From Nemertoderma westbladi (taxonomy: Eukaryota; Animalia; Xenacoelomorpha): a DNA stretch of 47,054 nt. Position numbers and translations under genes: made by a program. The stretch lies in the NCBI GenBank assembly GCA_032718475.1, contig JAUCBJ010009024.1:1-47054 (forward strand). Direction: 5' to 3'. This document shows, in pieces, positions 34,909 to 45,904 of this stretch. Numbering within the stretch: the stretch's first letter is position 1; the number at the start of each line of letters is the position of its first letter. The notes under the pieces are model-generated. The model saw nothing but the letters and a program-made list of their open reading frames with translations, ran no database searches and was not told the DNA's origin.

Positions 34909-36459
34909 TGTTGTGTTGATATGTTGCAGCTACGACTGAGTATACTAACTATGAATACCAGTGTATAATAATCAAGTAATGATATGTAAATGACAAGACT
35001 AATCAGCCCCCCCCCCCCCCTCCCCACCAAACCCCCTCCCTAGGCTCCAACATTTACTAGAGTTGCTACTCGTTGGTGCCTCCCAGTTATATATTTATTG
35101 TGATTAGTGCAATTTAAATATTCTTTATTATTGGGAAATATATATTTGATAGTAATTGATGAGTCAGTTGAACCCAACCAAAATAATATAAGAGAACCTG
35201 TTGGTGACTCTGACAACAGTAGTGATGGCAGTATTTGTGTTGAAGAGGACACTGAAGAAGAGATAGTTGTTTCTGAGGACACTGATGAAGAGATCGACCG
35301 CTCCCTGAATAAAGATGTTGGATAAAGATTTTGGCCCAAAGATTCACTTTACTCCCTTAAATAAGTTATTCAATATATTTGTTTTGTAGTTGTTACCATC
35401 GTTACTAGAGGAGTTGTCAGTTGGAACTGCTCCACCTGTTTTAAGATCGAAGTTCTACATTATATTTATAAATAATAACTAATGTAATATTATTATTATT
35501 TATTTATATAAATTTACACCATACTATAACTTAGAACAAAGATAACATATGCTGACAAATTAACTTTAGTATTATGGATGGGGTTTCCCCCTAAAAAAAA
35601 ACATACATATTTTAAAATGTGAGTCAATAAATAAAGTACATTAAAATACACCGAATTAAAATTATTACTGTATTTTAATGTTAGATTTAAAAATATAATA
35701 GATAAGAAATATTCCATTACAGGAGCATTGCTAATAATTATGAGACAGACTGGATGTCATATGGAATGAGATAAAATATATGCGTATTAAATTTAAATTT
35801 AGATGAAATATATGCGTATTAAAAGGGCCAGAGTGGATGTGAAGTGAAATAAAATATGTATTAATAAAAGCATTATACATCGTTGTCTATGGGTATAAAT
35901 CAAAATCATCTATCATCGAAGATGAGAGTAGTTATTGTTTCAACAGGTCATTAAGATATAGCTGCAATACACTGTCCAGCTACAATAATTATCAATTGAG
36001 TAGTGTTTAAAATTAATGAAGTATCTCCAAAATATATCGATCAGACGAGATTTAAGTCCTAAATGGTTCGTGAAATTGATTCACTTTGGTAGTACTGTAT
36101 ATTAGTTTCGGATAATTTTTACAGTTGATCCAATATAACAGATAATATAATTAATTCCAATTTTTGTAATTCCTTAAAATATTTTTATAAAAATACTATT
36201 CTTAAAATCAAATCATTACTACTTATGATACATTAATCAATCGTCGATAACTCAGAACCACCAATACTCCAATCCAAATCTAATGTAGTATAATACAGTA
36301 TAATTCTAAGGCTTTATTTATACCTACAATATACTGTTACCAGTTACCAATTACCGGTACACCGGTAGCAATTTCCGCGGACATAAAAAGTCAAAATCAG
36401 CGGACATAATGAGTATATTCAACGGACAAAAACAATTATTGTGGATCTAAAGCACTGTG

Positions 36460-36700
36460 GGGCGAGCCACGAAGTGAGTGAGCCTTAGCGTAGTGGTACC
36501 ATTAATCAACCTGTCGTTCTGTCGTTCTGTCGCGTTTTTTTTCAGTATTTGATTTTAAACGTTAATAACTCGGCCAATCCTTGATGAAATCTATCCAAAC
36601 TTGGTACACATGTTGTTTGGCAAAAGTTTGAAAATTTTCCAAGTAGAATTTGCGTGGGGCCTTCGTGCAGCATCAGTGTAACTGTTATTGCAGTTATAAT
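36460..36700 (+). mobile_element. Helentron-associated (DINE-1-like) non-autonomous element fragment
   Basis: Short ctgtcgtt microsatellite followed by ataactcggccaat...aaacttggtacacatg. A related inverted copy lies at 38373-38760. Confidence 0.45.
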
Positions 36701-38034
36701 AAATTTATTTATCCAAATTTAAAATGCGTTAAATTATTATTACTGTAGGATAAATCAGCTGTGTTTCTAACAAATTTTGCAATTCTGCATGTACCATGTG
36801 TACCGGTACTGTCAGGCTGTACTCAATCCCTGAATCGAGAATCTTGCAATCATTCAATACTGCAATACTGGTCAACCGGTACCATACACTGCAGACATGC
36901 CATATCATGCAACCCTTGCGGTGATTAGGCCTAATTCAGTAATTAGCCCAGTAGGCCTACCGGCTGACCGGCACCGGTAATAATAATACTGTAACATAGG
37001 CCTAATAGTTTAGATAGTTACCGCTAATCATTCAGTCATTGGCATGGTACACCGTATTGCTGCACTGCCGTTGTAGTGCGCACCGTAGGTACCACCGATG
37101 GCCTACTACTACTTTGCTGTGAAATTAGCGTAGGCTGACTGTGCTGATTATGGTACTGTCAGACTGTGGTACCTAAGCTATATACTGTTAGGTATATTGC
37201 TGTATTGGGGTGGGGTTAGGAATAATCCATTTGTTTTAGCATTGAACTGTTGAATCCCCTTATTTATTATAAAACCATTGGAAATATTCGCAAATGCCGC
37301 TCCATTACTGTCTGAAACGCTCCCGACAATCCGATGCTGCGATGTATCTGGACCCGAGCAGCCGAGTTGCTTCAAGAGGTGATTAACGGGGGAATACTAC
37401 GGAATTGCTTGTTTGTCAGTACGATTCTATTTGGGTATTTACTACACTCAGACACTGGGAATACGGCGGTCGGTCAGATCGTAATGCGGGCCACTGCCAA
37501 GTTCCTCATGCCTCACTCCGGTCACCCACCTTGGAGTGCGGTGGGAAGAGTCCCACTTACTGACTTACGTCGACGACTGGACGAATCGACGAGGATTGCG
37601 ATCTGGGTTTAGCGGCGGCCCGGATCCTGGGATCGCTGGGGGAAATGGTTGAACGTTGGGCAGACGTTATCGCACTGGATTACGTTCTCTGTTCTCTGAA
37701 GTGTGAAGCGAATTCGTTGTCGAATTGGGTCGGAAGCTGCGGGAATTCTACTGTTCTACGGGAGTAAACCGCAGCGGTCCGGTTACTACGGACGGATACT
37801 ACTGGGATAAGCATGTATTTCGATCGAGTTTCTCGTATTCTTGATGCTCGAGGCGGATAGAGAGTTGGTTGTGTTGGGCGGTGTTGTTCAATTCTATCAA
37901 ACATATTAAATAATTGGTAAAATAATAAAAACACACCAGATAAAGATACTGAGCTTATGGTAAAGAGATAGGCCGAACTTACAATTTCCAAATAGATTGT
38001 TCATATAATAAATATATTTTTGGTATTTGATTTC

Positions 38035-38290
38035 AAGATGGGGGGGGGGGGGGGGGGCTGGACGCAATAAAAAATCATCCCTCTCCAGGGGAAATTGGAC
38101 GCAAATAACAACAGCTGATTTCTCTCAAAAATAAAACTGTAACCTGTTCTATTGTGTTTACTTTATTGTTTTGGTTAAAATAACGTGCAACTGTAACCTG
38201 CTCCTTTCCCAAAATTGAGAAATTAATATTGAAGCGGGATATTAATTCGCCAAGATGGGATTTGCGTCCAGTCCCACCCCCTCCTGTCTC
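38035..38290 (-). mobile_element. MITE with 8-bp TSD, copy 2
   Basis: Reverse complement of 1576-1831. The 8-mer ttgatttc flanks both sides (38027-38034, 38291-38298). Confidence 0.85.
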
Positions 38291-38372
38291 TTGATTTCAA
38301 TAAAAAATAGAATACATTGCATTTTACTGTTATAATTACTGTATTGAATAAAATAATTAATTGATTGTTTAT

Positions 38373-38760
38373 TTAACCGTGCTAAGCACGTTGAACTGGA
38401 GCTCTAACAATTCCCCACTAGCGGCAGACAGGAACTGTAAAAGTCTCTGTAGAATTTCTAATTAAGCAATGCTCTTAGGTAACTACTACTAAATTTCAGA
38501 TGAATCTGATCGTTGGTTCTATAATTACAGCTATTTTTACGTTTCTGTTAATTCGCCCCCTAGCAGCAGACCGGGGAACTGTAGAAGTCTGTCTGTGTGT
38601 AGAATTTCTAAATTTTTTATAGACTACATGTGTACCAAGTTTGGTTCCATTTCGATTTCATCCATGATTGACCGACTTATTAGCGTTCAAACATTCCTGC
38701 CACAAACATAGCCAGAGGCAGCCACAAACGAATAAAAGCTGCAGGAACTCGAGCGATAAT
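38373..38760 (-). mobile_element. Helentron-associated-like element
   Basis: Contains catgtgtaccaagtttgg, an internal duplicated tagc.gcagac..ggaactgta.aagtct unit, and a terminal hairpin cgtgc-taa-gcacg near 38378. Confidence 0.45.
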
Positions 38761-39214
38761 TAATTTATTAATTATTAAATACTGTTTCAATTAAATTCTT
38801 TACGAAAATCTAGTCATCTTCTTTTAAATATGGACCCTGCATTCATGGAATATATAATATTTGATAATTCATCAGTCAGCCTACGCTAATTTCACAGCAA
38901 AGTCCTTTTCATGGCCTGTGTGTAGTAGGCCATGGTACCACCCTACTACCGGCTGACCGCGTGACCGGTGGCAACTAGCACTTCAGCACTTGCACAGCAA
39001 CAGCACTACCGGCGATACACAGGTTGAAATTTATGTAGAGTTTGCTCAACAGTACAGATATAAAATAGTTATCTAAATTATATATATTACTATTGACAAG
39101 TATTGAAATATATACCGTTATTCGTGTTATCAGTATTTGCAACATCTGACATTGAAGAGGTGAGAGAAGAAGAATACCGGCACTAAACATAACCAACGCT
39201 TATCACAGGTCGGC

Positions 39215-39511
39215 ATGGTTACCTCGAAACCGGCGCGACTGTCCACTCGAATACAACTTCAAAACACAAACGCCAACAATAAACTGAAAGCGAATCGAAC
39301 GTCTTCAGAAGAATCTGTCATTGGGACGAAGAAAAGGAAGCCGAAACCACGGGAATGGACCACAGCTAAGATTGAATGCTCCCATTGTCAGAGTTCCTGG
39401 ACCGAAATTGAAACACCAATTGCCGATGGGCTTGATCTCTCAAACCAAAACTTCCTCTGCGGGGTTTGCGCGGCAGTAAAGATTGAAAGTCTGGAAGCTG
39501 GCATCCCTAGG
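39215..39511 (+). pseudogene. Truncated LINE ORF1-like fragment with a PHD-like Cys pattern
   Basis: IECSHCQSSW...FLCGVC followed by the start of a coiled coil. Cut off at the (TAT)n tail of the opposite-strand LINE. Confidence 0.5.
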
Positions 39512-39854
39512 TATTATTATTATAAAGATCGTCAGCCTGCGTTTAATAAATATATTTTAATACAAAACAGGTCGAACGCAAAAAGGCTTATAATGAAGAC
39601 GAGTACTGCATTGATTATATTCCTATAAACCACCTGGCTTTGCATATTGAACGTGCGTTTGGAAATAAGTTCGTGCTACCCTTCCGTGGGTGGTAGATGT
39701 CGCGGTTATGTATTGGTGGGTGGGGGAGGGGGGGGGGGGTGCAGATTAAAGGGGGTGAACACGTGCTGTCCCCCTTTCTTTGGCCCATAAAAACGAGTAA
39801 AACAAGCACACAAACAATCAAGCACAGAGTATGAGTAAGTAGGTCACTGAAATC

Positions 39855-42686
39855 TTACCTAAGAATACGTGATATTGAGTTAATACTACAAGTACGCGAG
39901 ATCTCACGTAAAATAGAATTGCAAGTTGTGTCAATTCTACGCAATAAACTTTGTTTGGAACGGTACCGAATATGGCAAAACATTGGAAGGTTTAACCTTC
40001 CGAATTGTAGAGACATACTTGTAGGTTCACCGTCGGTAACCCGCGGAATATTAAACAAAAAACGTGCACAATTATTGTAAGCCACCCGAATCTTATTGTA
40101 ACATATCTGTGAATAGTTATGAGCATTCCACAGACTGTTACAATATATAGGGGTGCAATATGCCCGAAAAAGAGTTACTTTTACCGGTAAAGGAGCGGTA
40201 CTGAACTTCCTAACTAAAACATTTGCTCTGGCATACAAGCAATGCATTTGTTTAGTTATGTCGTAATCATCGTCAGTAGTAGAGTGAAGAATATGTCCTA
40301 AATAGTTAAACTTATCAACAATTGGAATATATGCACCATATAAACGGATTCTACATAGCGGAATACCTGAATGAGATTTCGGCAAAAAATATATACATTT
40401 CGTTTTTTTAACATTGAAAAGCATTGAATGACAGTTGGCAAATTTAACAGCGGTGTTAACTAAATTTTGCAAACCATAAATTGATGTAGAGATCAAACAA
40501 AGGTCATCTGCATACAGTATGTGATTGACTCGTAAAGAACCCACTTTACAGCCAACACCACTGTTGGTTAATAATATACTAAGATCATCTACATATAAAT
40601 TAAAAAAGTAAGGACTTAATATACCTCCTTGTTTAGTGCCGTTAGACACTGTAAAATTAGAAGAGAAAACACCATCCCAAAGTATACGCATATATTGGTT
40701 CCTATACCAAAAATATATTAGCCGCACAATATATACTGGAACTCCACGGTCTAGTAACTTACGGAAAAGTTTGAAGTGATTTATACGATCGAACGCCTTC
40801 GACGCGTCCAACATGCAAATGTAAATAGGTGTATTGTGATAGAGATAGTAATTAATTATCTCTTTAATAGAATAAATACATGTTTCCGTACCTGAATTGG
40901 ATTTGAATCCAAACTGGTTCGCTGAAGTTTGCAAACGGTCAATACACCGATTTAGAATTATTTTCTCAACAATCTTTCCTAGAACTGCACCAAGAGAAAT
41001 ACCTCTATAGTTGTCCTTATTGGTAATATCCGCAGTTCTATCCTTAATAAGAGGAAGAACCGTGGAACCAATCATACTTTGAGGCATATAGCCATGAGAC
41101 AGCATAGCATTAATTAAAACAGCTAAAGTATTAATTAGGGTCTTGCTACAACCCTCAATAAAATGCTCTGCACATAGCCCGTCCGGGCCACTGGCTTTAC
41201 CGGTAGGTAGGCTAAATACAGCATCTAAGACTTCACGGTCAGAGACCATTGGGATATCTACACTTATATTAGCATTAATATAATTATTAACGTAATCACG
41301 TTCGGAATCATCATTTACACAGTTAAACAGCTGATCAAAATGAACTTTCCACATATTACAAATATGAATTGCACCAACACAATTATCAACCTTGTTTGGA
41401 AAGGGAACTTTATCGGCAGTGTGTGTCCGAATTTGGGTCCAGAAGTCCTTCGTCTGGTCTGATAACATGGCCTTCGCCATACGTTCATTACGAATATTAT
41501 TTTCATTGCGCTTACAATGTCTCAAAGCCAGCTTGAACTGCGCTTTGCTTTTTAAGTATTCTTGAAAAATAGGGCCAGTCCTAGGTGAACCGCATTCACG
41601 CCAAAGCTTGAAAGCGTTTCGAGATTGACTGTATTTTTCTTTTACCTGGTCGTTCCATCCCGGGATGTGCCGGTTAGATGAAGACCCGGATGTTGATTTT
41701 ATAAATTCATTTGATGAAGCTGTTAAGGCCCGAACTAATTTGTCGTATAAGCTGTCAATAGCCTCACGGTGATTTGCACACTTAGAGTCGTGACAGGACA
41801 GTAAGTCATAGTCAATGACGTCATCAAGCATACGGTGAACACTACTACAGTAGCTATGTAAGTTATTCTTCGTGGTATGTGACCAGTCAAAATGTTGACA
41901 GTGTACTTTTTTATGTAAGTCATTTGCATCAGTAATGCCAGTAGGCGGCGTAATAACCGTTACGTTAAATTCCATACATATAGGCATATGATCCCGCACA
42001 GACATATCATAGTTTACATAAATTAAATTAATAAAGGACATAGTGGGAACAGAGCACAAAATGTGATCCAACCAAGATGTAGAGCCATGAGCATCACTTA
42101 CATAAGTAAATGAGTTATTAGGAAGTACATTAATATCAGCAATAATAAAATCAATCCCTTCACACCACTGCACCAGTTCCTTAAAAAAAGTACGTGAGGG
42201 ATCGGCATTGAAATCGCCTAGTACACAGCAATGGGAGAACGATTCCGTCTCAATATAGGATTTCAGATTACCTAAGCATACACTGTAAGCTTCACAGTTA
42301 TCAGGACATTCGTATGGTAAATACACATTCAAAATAAGAAGAGTATCATTATTGTTAATCTTAATTGTAGCACCAAGAATTCTATCATCGTTAAAATCAA
42401 CAACATTAAATGCATGGGCAATAGACCTCTTCCACAGAAACGCCAAGCCACCCTTAATTCTACCACGTAAGAGCCCATCAGCGTAGTCTGTAGTAGAGAA
42501 CCCTCTGCCCAAAAAATTAGGATGGATATCCATAAATAACGAAAGTTCCTGTTTAGGAACCATCGTTTCTTGAAGTAATACTATGTCACAGCCCGTGTTA
42601 CACATGTCTTTAATGACTGCACAAGACTCCACTCTACGGACTGAATTACAATTATAACTAGCTATCTTCAGAATATGAGACTCCAT
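39855..42686 (-). CDS. LINE ORF2: APE endonuclease plus reverse transcriptase, 943 aa
   Basis: APE motifs SYNCNS, LQET, NVYLP, GDFNA, LDH and DHMP. RT motifs NYRGISL, QFGFK, LDASKAFD, GTKQGGILSP and LYADD. Uninterrupted frame. Confidence 0.96.
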   Translation of the reverse strand: MESHILKIASYNCNSVRRVESCAVIKDMCNTGCDIVLLQETMVPKQELSLFMDIHPNFLGRGFSTTDYADGLLRGRIKGGLAFLWKRSIAHAFNVVDFNDDRILGATIKINNNDTLLILNVYLPYECPDNCEAYSVCLGNLKSYIETESFSHCCVLGDFNADPSRTFFKELVQWCEGIDFIIADINVLPNNSFTYVSDAHGSTSWLDHILCSVPTMSFINLIYVNYDMSVRDHMPICMEFNVTVITPPTGITDANDLHKKVHCQHFDWSHTTKNNLHSYCSSVHRMLDDVIDYDLLSCHDSKCANHREAIDSLYDKLVRALTASSNEFIKSTSGSSSNRHIPGWNDQVKEKYSQSRNAFKLWRECGSPRTGPIFQEYLKSKAQFKLALRHCKRNENNIRNERMAKAMLSDQTKDFWTQIRTHTADKVPFPNKVDNCVGAIHICNMWKVHFDQLFNCVNDDSERDYVNNYINANISVDIPMVSDREVLDAVFSLPTGKASGPDGLCAEHFIEGCSKTLINTLAVLINAMLSHGYMPQSMIGSTVLPLIKDRTADITNKDNYRGISLGAVLGKIVEKIILNRCIDRLQTSANQFGFKSNSGTETCIYSIKEIINYYLYHNTPIYICMLDASKAFDRINHFKLFRKLLDRGVPVYIVRLIYFWYRNQYMRILWDGVFSSNFTVSNGTKQGGILSPYFFNLYVDDLSILLTNSGVGCKVGSLRVNHILYADDLCLISTSIYGLQNLVNTAVKFANCHSMLFNVKKTKCIYFLPKSHSGIPLCRIRLYGAYIPIVDKFNYLGHILHSTTDDDYDITKQMHCLYARANVLVRKFSTAPLPVKVTLFRAYCTPIYCNSLWNAHNYSQICYNKIRVAYNNCARFLFNIPRVTDGEPTSMSLQFGRLNLPMFCHIRYRSKQSLLRRIDTTCNSILREISRTCSINSISRILR

Positions 42687-42899
42687 TGTTAGTTGTTAAA
42701 TAGATTATATATACAAATGTAAAAATTGCAAAAAACACAAAAACCATAATTAGTAAAAGTAGGCAAAAATTATATATATATATATCATATACCGGAAAAT
42801 ATATATCTACAAGTGAATTGCAAATGAAGGAAACTTATAAAAAACAAGTGTATGTTATTATAAAGAAACCAACTGGGCATATCGAGATGATAACTGCAT

Positions 42900-44042
42900 T
42901 TAAATATTAGCAGATGTAGCCGAAGCTCTATCTGAAACTCTCTCTGAGACCCGGCCTTCCCTAGTACCAGAAAACCTGGGTGGGAAATATTTATTAATTC
43001 TTGCATTCCGTGGCCAGGAGGAACCATCCATAAGTCGATCACGATCGGTGTCGTTAGAGCAGCTGAGAATAAACGAGGCTTGGTTACTCTCCCGGTTAAT
43101 GCGCTCAGCGATGATGGAAAAATCAAACGATTCCTTGACGTACTTCTCGATGACAGATGCCTCTACATCTGGTCCACACCCAGTAAGGTAGAGCTTCCTT
43201 ATGGGTTGAAAAGTAGGAAATGCCGTAGTCTGAGAAGAACCCTGTACGAATTTCCTGCGAATATACTTCCTTGAGAGTTGCTGGTTGTGAGATGGTCCCG
43301 ATTTTGCAGATACCGTAGTACCAGCAGCCGCCCTTGGGGGTTTAATTGGGCGATGGCGCCCATCGTGGCCAACAACTATGAAACCGTTATTGGAATCGTC
43401 ATCCGTGGGACAGACAATGACGTCAGCTGTAACGTTACGAGGTGCACCCACAGGTCCCCCACTACGGGCAGCATCCGAGTAAGTTTTCTGACTATTATTG
43501 GCACCTGGACCGATCAAACTGTTCGTCCTCGTCAAGGCCGTTGTCGTAGGAACCGATGGGTTCTGCGGAGTACAGATTCCCTCTACGATCGCTAAACGAT
43601 CCTGAAGACGGCTCACCATGTGCAGAAGCAGCGCAGTATCTGACTCGCACAGGGAAAACGGCGGAAGGACCGTAATATCGCTCGGGATAAACTCAGTTAC
43701 AAGCTCTTCCAAGCTGTTAGCTTCAACATATCCTGGGTAATCAAAGATATCCAGAATATCTTGAATTAATAGACGTCGCAGAGAATCGCCACTTTGTCGA
43801 GATTTGACAAACCCCTGTTTCGCCTTGTTTCTATCAGATGTAGGGATCAGATTAATAATAACCTGTTTAGCCTCTTTAAGAGTAGCGTCTGAAAACTTCG
43901 GCCATGATTGGACTATAGCCACGGTGCTATCTCTCGTGTAACCCTTAATGTGAGATGTCCAAAGATACGCCAAAACGTCATTCTTTATATGAAGACAGTG
44001 CTTCTTAGTACAAATCGCAGCAGAGGTGGAACCTGAGGCCAT
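42900..44042 (-). CDS. LINE ORF1 protein
   Basis: First ATG at 44042 (MASGST). NDVLAYL...AK...DILDIF...LPP N-terminal domain, short coiled coil, and an RRM-like C-terminus (LYLTG...SFILS...WP...I). Confidence 0.85.
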   Translation of the reverse strand: MASGSTSAAICTKKHCLHIKNDVLAYLWTSHIKGYTRDSTVAIVQSWPKFSDATLKEAKQVIINLIPTSDRNKAKQGFVKSRQSGDSLRRLLIQDILDIFDYPGYVEANSLEELVTEFIPSDITVLPPFSLCESDTALLLHMVSRLQDRLAIVEGICTPQNPSVPTTTALTRTNSLIGPGANNSQKTYSDAARSGGPVGAPRNVTADVIVCPTDDDSNNGFIVVGHDGRHRPIKPPRAAAGTTVSAKSGPSHNQQLSRKYIRRKFVQGSSQTTAFPTFQPIRKLYLTGCGPDVEASVIEKYVKESFDFSIIAERINRESNQASFILSCSNDTDRDRLMDGSSWPRNARINKYFPPRFSGTREGRVSERVSDRASATSANI

Positions 44043-44386
44043 ACCACGCCTCGAAAACCACAGCCTGACAGCAGATATTGCAGTACAGCAGTAGGTACAG
44101 CAGTAGGTCAGTAGGTACAGCAATAGGTAGGTACAGCAGTACAGCAGTCAGATGTACAGCCAATGGTACAGTATAGTTCAATAAACATCTGCTCTTGCAA
44201 TAGTTTGCATTCTTTCACAACTCCATTCTAACCCCCCTCTATAATAGCCCCCAGTCACCGCATTCCCATTCATTCTCTAATTTTTATTTTTAAAAGTTTT
44301 ATTTATTTTCATAAAAGTTTTATTTATTTAAAATTAAGTAAAATCATTTATCGAAAACTCATAATATCAATTGACATTGCTATATA

Positions 44387-45382
44387 ATGCCTAGTTATGA
44401 AAAATGTTTGGTTTGTAATAAAGAAATGAGACAAGACAATCTATCTCGTCACATGGAAAGACATAGAAAGGATAAACTAATGGATCCATTACCAAAGAAA
44501 TTTAAAAAATCCGAAGATATTTTTAGTGAAGATGAAAAGAAAAAGAGAGTTGAGCGTGATATATTAAAGATAAAACAGACAACGGAAAATAAATTTCATA
44601 AAGTTATGAATATTTTGAAAAGGATACAAAAACATCTACCCCTAGAAAATGATGAAAATTTGAGTGAGGAAAGTGAAGAAGAAGAGGACGATGAGATGGA
44701 GAATGAAAATAGTGAGGGTCAGGATGAAGTTGAAGAGAGTGAGTTTGAGAACGAAGTGAGTGAAGGTCAGGAAGATGACGAAGAAAGTGAAGGTCAGGAA
44801 GAGGGTGAAGAAAGCAAAGGTCAGGAAGAGAATGAAGAAAGCGAAGGTCAGGAAGAGAATGAAGAAAGTGAAGGTCAGGAAGAGAATGAAGAAAGTGAAG
44901 GTCAGGAAGAGGATGACGAAAGTGAAGGTCAGAAAGAGGATGAAGAAAGTGAAGGTCATGAAGAGGACGAAGAAAGTGAAGGTCAGGAAAGTGAAGAAGA
45001 TGATGAAAATGATAATAATAAGGAAATATTGAGACAATTACTTGGAAATAAGAATAAATTGCGGAAAATTATTAAACATTTAGAAGAGAATGATGAAAAT
45101 AAAGAAGAGATATTGAGACAAATATTAGGAAACAAAAATCAAATACGGAAATTTATTAAACAAATGGAAGAAAATGAGGAAAATAGAGAAGAGATATTAA
45201 GACAGGTTCTGGGAAATAAAAGTAAATTACTGAAAATGAATGAACAATTGAATGAAATTAAGAAACAGTTGGTTAATGAGGAAGATGAAATTAAAGAAAA
45301 TCAACCAGCTTTTACTTATTTTCGAAGACCTATAACATCAAACTCTCGTACAGTATTTGCTCGCGCAGGACGACACTATTGA
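44387..45382 (+). CDS. Intronless protein with one C2H2-like finger, acidic 9-aa repeats and 28-aa repeats
   Basis: ATG-initiated 331-aa ORF. CLVC-x11-H-x3-H, (EESEGQEEN)n from a 27-bp repeat, and three EILRQ.LGNK units spaced 84 bp apart. Confidence 0.7.
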   Translation: MPSYEKCLVCNKEMRQDNLSRHMERHRKDKLMDPLPKKFKKSEDIFSEDEKKKRVERDILKIKQTTENKFHKVMNILKRIQKHLPLENDENLSEESEEEEDDEMENENSEGQDEVEESEFENEVSEGQEDDEESEGQEEGEESKGQEENEESEGQEENEESEGQEENEESEGQEEDDESEGQKEDEESEGHEEDEESEGQESEEDDENDNNKEILRQLLGNKNKLRKIIKHLEENDENKEEILRQILGNKNQIRKFIKQMEENEENREEILRQVLGNKSKLLKMNEQLNEIKKQLVNEEDEIKENQPAFTYFRRPITSNSRTVFARAGRHY

Positions 45383-45754
45383 CATTTGTTTGTTTGAGTT
45401 CCTTTCATAATAGTATTAGGACTATTTATCCATAACATTTATATTAGTATTAGGATTATTTATCCTTAATTATTATATTAGTATTATAAATGTATTTGCC
45501 AACAATATTTATTACTATTAGGTCTATTTATTCAAGAAATTATATGTTTTTATAATATATTTTGGAAAATTAGTCGACTAAGTCATAATTTTTAAAACTT
45601 TAAATAAGGGTGGAATTATTTTATAAAGTTAAGAAAAGTGAATCAATGGAGGCAACATGAAGTCTAATCTCTTGACATTTACTCGTAAGACCGCACATTA
45701 ACTCCCAAGGTTGCATACTATCACTATAGCTGGGAGAGTCAAAGCTAGTGTACA

Positions 45755-45904
45755 GAAGTGAGGGAAGTGAGGGAGTGAGGGAAGTGATGGAAGTGAGGGA
45801 GTGAGGGAAGTGAGGGAAGTGAGGGAGTGAGGAAAGTGAGGGAAGTGAGGGAAGTGAGGGAGTGAGGGAAGTGAGGGAAGTGAGGCAGTGAGGGAAGTGA
45901 GGAA
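45755..45904 (+). repeat. G-rich 8/9-bp tandem repeat (GGGAAGTGA/GGGAGTGA)
   Basis: About 17 units seen directly. Confidence 0.95.

Larger units (their letters stand above)
39512..44170 (-). mobile_element. Apparently full-length two-ORF LINE (RTE-X-like)
   Basis: ORF1 plus APE-RT ORF2, a 3' UTR with a C tract, and a (TAA)n tail at 39512-39523. gtacagca repeats at the 5' end. No TSD found. Confidence 0.88.

Noticed and set aside
35107-35325. Acidic mini-ORF as a gene
   Set aside because: Possible exon with an acceptor-like site near 35150, but too short and without a recognisable domain.
44642-45037. Hydrophobic minus-strand ORF and Lys-rich alternate frame
   Set aside because: Shadow frames of the 27-bp acidic repeat.
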